Positions 52,441 through 64,000 of a DNA stretch of 64,000 nucleotides are shown piece by piece. A program made the translations under genes and the position numbers. How positions within the stretch are numbered: the stretch's first letter is position 1; the number at the start of each line of letters is the position of its first letter. The stretch is from positions 8,060,001-8,124,000 of the forward strand of contig OX597831.1 in the NCBI GenBank assembly GCA_951406725.2, read 5' to 3'. Under the pieces are notes generated by a model that was not told the DNA's origin, did not search any database, and was given only the letters and a program-made list of their open reading frames with translations. The stretch is from Octopus vulgaris (Eukaryota).

Positions 52441-53510
52441 GTTGAAATGGTGTTTCTTTACTTGCCATCTGCACAGGAGTCCGTCCAGCGGCACTGGCAA
52501 CTGCCGGGTGTGGACGATTTAGTTTTCTAGATCTATGGTTCTCAGATGCTGCATCATGGCATTCTGGTGCACTGCAAAGAGTATCAAGGTCTGTTGTAGA
52601 TTTTTAGAAATATTACTTAAAACTTTAGAAAATCCCTACTAATTTTCAAGTGCCTTAAAAACATGTTATTCACATTTTACCCTATCTCCTTTCTCCTTTC
52701 TATTTGGTCTCCATTAAGTCAAAAAGATTAAGAACCACTGTTGTCCTAGATAAAACCCCTTGAAAAGCAATGCAGAAAGATGTGATATAATCATGACTGG
52801 AATGCCTTAGATCATAAAGTCTGATAAATTTTCATTTGTTTCCATTGAACTGGGATTAAAAGACAACAACCAGCATCCCTGATGAAGCTGTTGTTGTTGT
52901 TAATGCTGTGCTGTATTAGTTCTCCCCTTTCATTCTGAGTTCAGTGCCATCAATTTGCTGTCCATCTTTTGGGACCATCATCATCATCATCATCTAATTA
53001 GAAGAAGAACAGGGTGTTTGAAACTGAATAAAGGTAGTGCTAAACCTCATACTTGAACCCTTGCTAAAGGCTCACGAGAGTGATGTGGTGGTGTTAAACT
53101 GGCTCAAGCTGATATTTGAAGACAACCCATATCTTTCCTTTTACTGTCTAAGAGTTCAGTTCCCATTGGTTCGAAGGCAGCTTCATTAGCCAATCTGAAG
53201 CCTGATCTCTTATTGAATTACAACCTAGAGACTAAATCTGTGAGCAACCTGAATTTTCTTTATACATTAGCATAGAGATTATAATTTGAGACAACAACAC
53301 TGAGTTTTTAATAACACGTCACACAAATGGATTATCAAGGCTTTACAATTTGTCAAAATCCCTTGGACATTGGTTATTGCTATTCAAAACTTAACGAAGA
53401 CCTCTAACACCATGTTTATTGGTATAGATGCTGATCTTTGATTCTGTTTTCATTTCTAGCACTTATAATATCATTAATAAATTCAACATAAAAAATATTC
53501 TTAGCTCTGC

Positions 53511-53725
53511 TTTACTCTTTTAGCATTTAAACCAATCATATCTGGCCCAAATATTCTGTTTTCTGTTCAAACTAACCAGGTCTGGCCTCTCACACCTAGC
53601 CCACAATGCCATCATTGAAATCTTGAAATACTTGATTAATTCAAAACAATGTGAATAAATGTGACTTTTGACAGAATTTTTGGATTGTAATCCCTCAGGA
53701 AGAGCACAGAATTCCAACAGCTAAA
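53511..53725 (+). mobile_element. TTAA-type MITE copy (decayed)
   Basis: Collinear with the reverse complement of 58395-58623. Confidence 0.65.
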
Positions 53726-54228
53726 GAAATTTCATTTTGGGTGCAGCTTAATAGAATTGGTTTTCTTCTTTCTTTTTTTTTTTTAAATTATTTTAATTAG
53801 CAAATTAACTTTGATAGAATTCTGAATTCTGGTATTATTAAAATATCAATTCTTGCTCTTGAACACTCAACTGCTGATTGTAACCAGTCTGAAGTTCCGA
53901 TAAGAATTCTCCCCCCCCCCCCCCCTTCACCTCCCATGATTTTATAAAAGAAATGCCAAAAGGATGTTTTAGTGTCCTTGTTAACTTCTTTGCTTGTTCT
54001 GCTTTAGGTTCTACATCTATATCAGATTTAGTTCAGAACATAATTCTTTCTGGCATAGCATTGGTTCCACAAGTGTGAAATTCAGGAACATAAAACATCT
54101 TTTTAGATATTAATTTCCATGTAAAACTACAGAGAAACGTGTCTTCAGACATGAGTTATGATATTGTCTAAATCGGCAGAAGCAAACTAGATTTCAAGTG
54201 ATACTGGAGTGTGTGTGTGTGTATGTGC

Positions 54229-54263
<35 letters not shown>

Positions 54264-54403
54264 CTGTAATTCTTATCAAGAAGTGATAACATAGAATAAG
54301 AGAGAACTCAATACTGCATAGAGGAAATGTGTCAAAACACATACATACACACACGTGTGTGTGTCTGCATCTATATATAAGTTTATATATGTATATATAT
54401 ATT

Positions 54404-54437
<34 letters not shown>

Positions 54438-54492
54438 TATACATACATACATACATACATACATACATGTGTGTGTCTCCACACACAACACA

Positions 54493-54542
<50 letters not shown>

Positions 54543-55679
54543 AAATATATGGGATATAAATACTTTGGTAATTTCATGAACACATTTGTTAGTGTTTTTT
54601 TGAGAATTCCTTTAATCTTATCTTATTCTATGGCATTAAAACTTTAGTGATAGAGAAACGAGAATCTTGTGAAAAATCAATGAATTTATTTAATAAAAAT
54701 CACAGTGCTAAAATAACAATGCAAGATGGCTTGTTTGATATCCTGTCTCATCACATATTTAACTGATCAAATTAATATTGAAGTTAGATTCTTTTAAGTT
54801 ATTGTGCAGTGATGGAGAGTTGTTCTTTTTTTTTTTTTTGGCTTTTCGAATAGTGATTTAGTTAAGAATAACAAACCTGAGAATTAACCATTGTTTTTTT
54901 TTTTTGTTGGGTTTTGTTGGTTCTTTTTTTTTTGGTTTTTTTTTGCTTGTGTTCGTGTTCCAACCTCCATTGTTCTCTGGCAAGCCTTACTCTCTGTCTG
55001 TGTCTTTGTTTACGTCAACTAAAAAAAAATCTTCATGTAGAGAGAGAGAGTGGGGAAAGGGAGAGAGAGAGAGAGAGTGAGTGAGAGAGAGGCGTCAGCA
55101 AAGGTACGGATGACTGATCTTTCGTCTTCTGCTCTTCTTCTTTACTTGTTTTAGTCTTTGGACCGTGGCCAAGCTGGGGCAGCACCTTCAAAAGTTTTAG
55201 CCAAACAAATCAGCAGCACTACTTATTTTTTTAAGTCCTGCATTTATTTATTCAATCAATCTCTTCTGCTGAATTGAAAAGTTATGGGGACATAAACAAA
55301 CCGACAGCGATTGTGAGGCGGTGGAGATGGGGGCCACAAACACAAAGACACACATGCATGCGTGCACACACATCTTGACATTGAGTAATATTTGTGAGTG
55401 AGTGTCACTGCTATACAGGTTGAGTCATTCCTTTCTAATATTGTGTGCAAAACATTTCTGGCCATGGGGAAATATTGCCTTTGTTGGAAACAGGCGAGGG
55501 TTGATGACAGGTAGAGCGTCTGGCTGTAGAATATCTGCCACAGTGACCCATGCAAATATTGAAAAGTGGATGCTAAAATGATGATGATGTTGATGATGTT
55601 TGTGGCAGTGGTGGTGGTGGTGGTGGCTGTGGCAACGGCAAAGCTGAATTTTACTAGAAATTACAAACTTATGTATATA

Positions 55680-55902
55680 TTTCTTTACTGCCCACAAGGG
55701 GCTAAACATAGAGGGGACAAACAAGGACAGACAAAGGGATTTAAGTCGATTACATCGACCCCAGTTGGAAACTGGTACTTTATTTAATCGATCCCGAAAG
55801 GATGAAAGGCAAAGTCGACCTCGACGGAATTTGAACTCAGGACGTAACGACAGACGAAATACCGCTGAGCATTTCACCCAGCGTGCTAACGTTTCTGCCA
55901 AT
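55680..55902 (-). mobile_element. SINE family B copy (well preserved)
   Basis: cccacaaggggctaaac...atcgatcccgaaaggatgaaaggcaaagtcgacctcgacggaatttgaactcag...gctaacgtttctgcca. Confidence 0.85.
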
Positions 55903-56545
55903 TCACTGCATAGGAAAGGTATTTCTCAGTTGGATGTATAGGAAAGGTATTTCTCAGTCAGATGGTATCATGGATATTTTGGGTATAAAAATCATTCTAC
56001 TGTGGAACAACCAATCAGAATAGTAGCCTTGATAATATAAGCATTACTCATTTAACCACTGTTGCTCAAGATTCCATTAATGGTATGATGGTGGCTCCTA
56101 CTTTTAACCGAATTTAGTATGATGGTGGCCAGACGCAGGAAATTCCGAGGAATTTAAGGATTCAACAGGATAGTTGGCAGCTTTGCAGAATCTAGAAGTG
56201 TATCTATAGATTTTACAAGTTGGTGAATCTCCTCAAGTGCGATCAATACCACCAACTTATTGTTTATGCTGTTGACAGTGATATATATTTGAGTGCAAGT
56301 ATTGACTTTCTGCACCAGTACGTATAGTTTCGTTGGTCGTCTTGGAAATTTGGAAATATTCTTGTTATTAGTTCATCAAGTAATGAACCTGATGGACTGC
56401 TAATTAGAGATGAAATTAAATTAATTATTTTTATTATTAAATATTTCCTCAATAAAAAGTTGTTTGTCTGCTCAGAATCGGAAAACGAGTCCTTCAGTAC
56501 TTTCTGTACAGTTCTAGCTTAAATGTTGAGTGATTGCTATATAAC

Positions 56546-56583
<38 letters not shown>

Positions 56584-56702
56584 GGAGAGGGAAGGATTCT
56601 TTTACTACTCTGAGTTTCTCCTTTCTTGAACACAAAATTTCCACTGCTTTCTCCCTTCGTCATACATAGATGGATTGTCAAGTAAGTGGTAAGATATATG
56701 TG

Positions 56703-57085
56703 TAGGTGTGGCTGTGTGGTAAGTAGCTTGCTTACCAACCACATGATTCCAGGTTCAGTCCCACTGCGTGGCTCCTTGGTGGCAAGTGTCTTCTACTATA
56801 GTCTCAGGCTGACCAAAGCCATGAGTGGATTTGGTAGACAGAAACTGAAAGAAGCCCATAATATATGTATATATATGTGTGTATATGTTTGTGCGTCTGT
56901 GTTTGTCTCCCCCACCATTGCTTGACAACCAATGTTGGTGTGTTTACATCACCATAACTTAGCGGTTTGGCAAAACAGACCGATAGAATAAGTACTAGGC
57001 TTACAAAGAATAAGTCCTGGGGTTGATTTGCTCGACTAAAGGCAGTGCTCCAGCGTGACCACAGTCTAAAACAAATTAAAGAATA
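56703..57085 (+). mobile_element. SINE family A copy (full length)
   Basis: Collinear with 45315-45716. Confidence 0.88.
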
Positions 57086-58394
57086 TATATATATATATAG
57101 ACTGGGTGCTCTGTCAGTTATGGCAGTTTGCTAGCTGAGTTGACTGGTGCAATGTGAAATAAAGTGTCTTGCTCAAGCACACAACACTCTGCCAGGAATC
57201 AAACTCACGCTTTACGATTGAGTTGAATGCACTAACTATTAAGCCAGGTGTGTATGTAGACACACAAACACACACACATGTATAATGATATATTTATGCA
57301 CACACATATATGTAAATGTAGGGGTTCCTCACAGTTTCCATCTATGAACTTCCATTCATAAAGCACTGGTCAGCTTAATGCTGTAATAGGAAAAAATTAC
57401 TTAATGTACTGTGCAGTGAGATTGAACCTGCAACAAAGTGGCTGGAAACCAATCTTGTTAACTCTGTGGCCATATTGCAATACAAGAATTTGTCTTCACC
57501 TTCACTTCTTATTTATCATCATATCAGCCTGGAAATTACCATTAATTTGAAGTTGCTGTCCTGTTATAAGTTTGTCCAGATCTTGAAATCTAAATATTTG
57601 TGGAAGTGGTGAAAGGCTTTTGCGTAAAAGCTGAACAACGTTCTTTCCTTATTAATGACTGCAGCACGGCTAACGATCTGTGAAATGGCAGTGGCGTCGG
57701 TGGCAGCAGAGTGTGTTAATTAAGAATAGATTAGTTTAGTTCAGTCATTGATGCCAACATGGAGAAATAGGGAGAGAAAACTGACTGATAAAAGCGGTGT
57801 TGTGACTTGATGCTACTAAGGATGATGATGGTGGTGGCAGTGAAAGTGGTGGTGGTGGTGGTGGCGGCGGTGATGGTGGTGGTGGTGGTGGTGGTGTTGG
57901 TGATGATGATGATGGTGGTGGTGATGGTGATGGTGGTAGTGGTGGTGATGTTAGGGTTGATAATGCAGTAAATGGTAGGAGACAATGGAAAGAAAAACTT
58001 GGAGGATAACAATGGCTGGAAGTGTTATTGGTGCTTAACTCCAGATTAGTTCTGATCAAACAGATATTTGTGATCAAGAGCTTTCTTGCCGTGACCATCC
58101 TGTCTTTAAGACAGAGTATATCTAGGACTACGTTATACAACGTAACCATCTATTTCTTTTAAAGACATATTTATCTTGAGAGAGATTTAAGCTGTTATTT
58201 CTATCACGTGTGGCCATGTAGAGGACTCATACAGGCAGCTGTAGTCATGAAAAAGATAATGGGGGTGGATGGGTTGTGGTGTTGATGGTGATGGCCATAG
58301 ACGGAGAGTCAGTTGGTAGTTAAGTTGGCAGTGATGACTGATCAAAATGTTTTAGGCTTAGTTAATGACTTATTATTTATCATTACATTTTTGT

Positions 58395-58623
58395 TTAACC
58401 CTTTAGTGTTCACATTATTCTGCCAAAATTAATGCTTTTTCATCCACATTGTTTGGAACTAATCATGCATTATCTTGTAGCTATGAGATTTTGATGAGGT
58501 AGCTGTTAATTTTTAAAATGATATTGTAGGGTTGGTGTGAGAGACCAGATCTAGCCAGTTTGAACATAAAACAGGCAGAATACTTTTGGCCGGATATGGC
58601 CGGTTCAAATGCTAAAGGGTTAA
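58395..58623. mobile_element. Intact TTAA-flanked piggyBac-like MITE
   Basis: ttaa-ccctttag ... ctaaaggg-ttaa termini, 229 bp, non-coding; related copies at 10209 and 53511. Confidence 0.85.
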
Positions 58624-59649
58624 TGCCTATAATAAAATAACCGAATGTAACTAAATACGCTGCAGAGGTTTGCGTGTTGCTCCCCGCTCCTCATAGAATG
58701 TTCTCTGTTAAGGAAAATTAAGATTAGGAAGACTTGAATTATCTAATGTAATAACTGACGTAAAATTAATGGGGCAAGCGAGAAATGAGAACAGCTGGAG
58801 AGGTAGGGAAGTGGGGGGTGGAGGTAACTGCTGTTTAAGTCAGCAGAATTGATGGCAACAATAAATCCGAGAATTCCTCGAGGGAGAAGAAACAAATGTT
58901 TAAATGGTTTCATCAGGAATCTTTTACTGAGACGTACTTTTAGAGTAGAACAGTAAATACACCAAAGACTTTCTGGTTTATTACGTTGTTATTAATATTT
59001 CGGGGAGGAACTTGGGTCAGATGTGGTGCAGAGTGGATCCTGTAGCCCCTTGGTTGGTTCATTGAGACGTAGTGGAAGATTTGGCATTCTGTACAACAAC
59101 AACAACAAGCATTTTGAAGTCATTTTCTCCTGCTAAAACAGGAACAGGGGTTAGTCTTGCAGGGCTCCATTCAGTCTTCCTCTCTGTTTTGCCTTATCCT
59201 CTGCCTCTTCCCTCACTGACCTTCTTGTGAAGGTGCATGGCTCTGTGGTTAGAGTATTTGGTTCATGGGTTCAATCCCTGATGGTTCATTATGTCCTTCA
59301 GCTGAGCCCTTTATTTCACTTAGCTGGTAAAAATGAGTAGCATCTGTATTTCAAAGGGCCAGTCTTGAAATATTCTTTGTTACACTGAATCTTCCTGAGA
59401 ACTACATTAAGGGTACGTGTGTCTATGGAATACTCAACTACTTGCACATTAATTTCACGAGCAAGTTGTTCCATTGGTCAAATCAACTGGAACCCTTGTC
59501 TTTGTAACCAATTTGCTCAACTAAAAGCGGTGCTCCAGTGTGGCCACAGTCAAATGATTGAAACCTGTAAAAGAGTAAATGGAATGTTGGTTTTTAAACT
59601 CTCTTTGTACTATCTTTGTTGTACCTCTTTACAGCTAGATAGACTGTAC

Positions 59650-60210
59650 TGTCGATAGTTAAGTGCCTTTGCTATTCCCATAGTTGACTGTTAATGACAA
59701 CTTGAATTGCCTGGTAGTTTGTCATCCACCCTGACGAGTGAATTGGCACAGAAACACTGATTGGCCAAGTGATGGGAATTGTTGAGTCAGTCATTATGTA
59801 TAAAGGGGTGTTTTATTTATCTACCCATAAATATTGTATGGTTTTGTTATCGAGATTTTGGCAAGGAGTGTTGCAGATTCCACCAACGTGAAGGAAATAA
59901 GATTGGTTTGTGTGCCTTGGCCATGGATACTGCTTTGCATCACCAGTAATGGAATTCTTAACTGTTGACTCTTAAATCATCTAATTTGACACGCTTTGAT
60001 TTCTTCATCGATGGAATGGTTATCTTCATAAGTGTGAATTCCAATGAACCAAGAAGACAGCTTGCAAACAAAGGTCACGAAATGTCATCTGTTCTTGATC
60101 CCATCGGAGCTACTTGGAATTGGCACTTCAAACTAACAAACCACTTTTGTACACTCCTGCCGCTGCTAAAGACCAATAAGCCAAACTTGCCCAAGGTACC
60201 TTATCTATAG
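59650..60210 (-). mobile_element. Very decayed RTE-like reverse transcriptase fragment
   Basis: Minus strand GIHTYEDNHSIDEEIKA resembles LGS.....IDEEI..RI; many stops. Confidence 0.4.
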
Positions 60211-60569
60211 CAAGAATTAATTATTTTAGATTTTGGTGATGGCCACCTCTCAACCACCACTGCCGCTACCACCAGTGATGGAATACAAACTGTTGACCCT
60301 TAAATTAGCGTGTCTAGCAGGCGTCCTTATTGACAAAGGGGACTCTCTTTTACTTTCCTGATCAATAGAAATCTTCTGCTCTGATAGAAATCTACTCATT
60401 TGGCCGTCATTAATAATTCCAAAACAAACACAAACAACTACAAAAGCCAAAAACATCACAAAACAAACGCTCTTTATGAGCTGCTCCCAAATTCAATGAT
60501 CTTATTCCCAGCACAGGCTAGAATTAACTACTGTCTGAATCATACACATTGATTAACTACAGTGAACAC

Positions 60570-60600
<31 letters not shown>

Positions 60601-60834
60601 TAATAATAATAATAATGATAATAATAATAATAATAGGTTTATTAACTTAATCTCATCGTTCATTGTCACTCGAGTGCTTTATCTAAAATTACAGAAGCTA
60701 ACTATTATTACTAGGGATCAATAGAATGTAGTTGCCATTGCCTGCTGATTCTGATGTAACAATCTTCCATTAATTCACCAATGACACTCTGCATGGAAGT
60801 CTCCTATTATTCTAAAAGTGACGATACTCATGAT

Positions 60835-60967
60835 GATGTATACACACACATATATACAGACATATATGTAATTATATAGGTTTTATACATATACAACATA
60901 CATACATACCCAAGTATGTATATATATATATATATGTATATGTATGTATGTATGTATATATATATGT

Positions 60968-61008
<41 letters not shown>

Positions 61009-61038
61009 TATATGTATGTGTATGTATGTATGTGTATG

Positions 61039-61070
<32 letters not shown>

Positions 61071-61450
61071 TGTGTATATATGTATGTATATATATGTGTA
61101 TGTATGTATATATATATGTATATATGTATGTATATATATATATGTGTATATATGTATGTATATATGTGTATATATGTATGTATATATATATGTATGTATA
61201 TATATGTGTATGTATGTATGTATGTATATATGTATGTATATATATATATGTGTATGTATGTATGTATGTATATATGTATATGTATGTATGTATGTATGTA
61301 TATATATATGTATGTATGTATATATATATATATGTATGTATGTATATATATATATATGTATGTATGTGTATATATATATATATATGTATATGTATGTATG
61401 TATATATATATGTATGTATATATGTATGTATATATATATATGTATATATA
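60835..61450. repeat. Long compound (TA)n/(TATG)n microsatellite
   Basis: About 600 bp almost entirely TA, TATG and TG units; it generates the spurious YI/CV ORFs. Confidence 0.97.
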
Positions 61451-61671
61451 TTAAAGCTGATGACTCTATGTGAGTCACTGATTGGAGATTTTCGTTTCTG
61501 ATTCTTCAGGATTTGGAATAAAAATATTGAATAGCAACTCACTCAAGCTCAGCTTTGAATAAATAAAGGTTATTCCACTCAACCTAACAATCCCATTGAG
61601 TGGGTTTTTTTCCCATATAACTTTAGTTCACTTCAATGTGAAATAACACACACAAACACACATGTGTATAG

Positions 61672-62082
61672 CTTGGCTGTGCAATAAGAAGTTTGCTTCC
61701 CAACTACATGGTTCCAGGTTCAGTCCTACTGCGTGGCACCTTGGGTGGGTGAGTGTCCTCTTCTTTAGCCCTGGGCTAATCAGACATTGTGAATTGAATT
61801 TAGCAGACAGAAGCTGAAAGAAGCCCATCCTATATATGTGTGTTTGTATGTGTGTATGTGTGTGTGTGTGTGTATCTGTGTTTGCCCCATACCAGTGCTT
61901 TATGACTGATGTTGGTGTGTTTACATCTCTGTAACTTAGCAGTTTGGCAAAAAAGATCGATAGAATAAGTACCAGATTTAAAACAAATTAAATACTGGGG
62001 GCGATTTGTTCTGCAGAAATTCTTCAAGGTGGTGCTCCAGCATGGCCGCAATTTCATGACTGAAACAAAAAAAAGATAAAAG
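61672..62082 (+). mobile_element. SINE family A copy (full length)
   Basis: Collinear with 45315-45716. Confidence 0.85.
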
Positions 62083-63050
62083 GTGTGTGTGAGTGTGTGT
62101 ATGTATATATAAATACATATATTATGGGAAATGGAAGGTCAATGATGTAGGTCGTTCCATCTCAGTCTAAGAATCTTTAGACTAATGTAAATGTTATATT
62201 GAGGACATACTATTTACCACTCGCATATATGACCCTTATTTTCACATCCCATAATGTCCCATGCCAGCATGGGTTGGATGGTTTGAGAGGATCTAAAGGG
62301 TCCAAGAACTGCATCCAACTCCAGTGTCTGCTTTGGCATGGTTTCTATGGTTGGATGCCCTTCCTAACACCAGCCACTTGCACATACATACACACATCAT
62401 CATCATCATCATCATATCTGCTTTTCCAAGCTTGTATGGATCAGAGAGACTTTGTCGATGCTGTTTTTTTGTATGGATGGATGCCCTTCCAGTCACCGAC
62501 CCTCACTTGTTTCGAAGCAAAGAAATATTTTCTTACTGGCCAGACTTGTTATTGCAGAATATTGGAAATAAGTGGCATTCATTTACAGCATTCGTGTGAT
62601 GTCAAGACAAGGAGACAAACATACATGTATACACTCACCCATCCATATATACATGCATGCGTTTATGTATGTCTACAATGGGCTGCCTACCAGATCCATT
62701 CACAAGGCTTTGGTTGGCCTAGGGCTATCATCAAAGGCACTTCCCCAAAGTGCCACACAGTGGCACTGAACCTGAAGCCATGCGGTTGGGCAAGAAACTT
62801 CTTATCTACAAAGCCTAAAGTTGCTGTTAGTTGTTTTGTTGTGTTTCAGATTAAAACCACTTAATCACAAACTATCTCGGTTTACCTGGTTTTCAGGAAA
62901 TAACGGCTATTTTATCTTTAGGGAAATGGATCTTATCAGTGACCAAAGAAGTGTCCTTTTGATGTGGAGAAAGAATTTATTTACATCCACTTCATACTGT
63001 GAAACTGGAGCCAAGAACTGGTTCTTATGAAGTTCTTCAGACTTTTATGA

Positions 63051-63098
<48 letters not shown>

Positions 63099-64000
63099 TA
63101 AATGCTAGCTTTTTACCAGTTTACAATTAAAAGGATGATCTCATTTTCTCTCTCTCTCTCTTCCTCTCTCTCTTAGACTAAAGGGCAGGAGCCTAAAATG
63201 TTAAATTCTTCACTCTTTAAGGCAACTGAACCTATCAAACCAACTATTGTTGACAGACCATTCTTAGTTTCTTTGAATTACAGAGTTTTTGTATGTAAAC
63301 ACTAAACTTCTAGGAGTATTAGATAAATCTCGCTCAGATCGGATCCTAGCATCTGAAAAATAGAAAATGGTACATTGGGTAAATCCCTCCTAGTCACACC
63401 ACACCTGGAAAGAAATAATAAAAAGATGGAATGGTCATGGCTGGAATGTCTGTCATTTTAGGTTTGTTGACTCTGATTTTTACTCATGTGATTTAGGTTG
63501 TTTAATCCTTCTTTGACCATATTCCAAATGAAATACAATGTATGTGTCTCATTGAATTTTTGCAAATGATTAAGAATTTGGAGGAATCTAATAAAATAAC
63601 CAACCTTTTCATCATTAAGCTGTTAATTTTTAGACCATAACTCAAGGTTCTTATATTAATTTATGGTGAAAGGTTTTATATATTAAAACACGGACATTTT
63701 AAAATGAGAGGTTTTGTATCATAAAAGTGAAGGCTTCAGGTGGATTGTCATCCAAAATGTTAAGAGAATTATTGCTTGTAGCAATAATTTCTTACCCTAG
63801 GGATTTCTCTGGTTATCCATTGCTCTCTTAACACCTGTTTTCTCAGCCTTGACTCTCCCTCCATTTGAAACCCTATCTATATTGTCTCTTCCATTTTTTT
63901 CTTTCCTCCTTCCACAATGTGTCCCCAATCTCACCATTCCCTTGCTTCCTTTCGCTCCTCCACCTTGGTTCATCTTCTTTCGCAACCCTCTTCCTCATCC

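Overview
This is AT-rich, microsatellite-dense animal genomic DNA. Its repeat content (several tRNA-headed SINE families, RTE LINE remnants with (GAT)n tails, decayed Tc1/mariner copies) looks like an octopus (coleoid cephalopod) genome; that is an inference from repeat patterns. Only one host coding feature is supportable: a long first coding exon rich in polyQ/S/N/H/T (ATG 31672 to a donor near 33026, + strand) in a CpG-rich promoter-like region, followed by about 31 kb of presumed intron with no confident downstream exon. I could not identify the gene. Nearly all other listed ORFs are microsatellite or repeat artefacts. Transposon remnants include three mariners, a maT/Tc1-like fragment, a decayed hAT transposase with an internal foldback and a nested mariner, TTAA-flanked MITEs, RTE and CR1/Jockey-like LINE pieces, and many SINEs. 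The most notable structures are a ~650-bp high-identity foldback in the presumed intron (48706-49362), a 40-nt patch (14608-14647) that exactly joins two sites 2-3 kb away in opposite orientations, the ~450-bp hAT palindrome centred near 5355, and a dispersed 28S rRNA fragment starting just past the R2 target site. I found no convincing new multi-gene system. Most repeat boundaries are by-eye estimates (about +/-20 bp).
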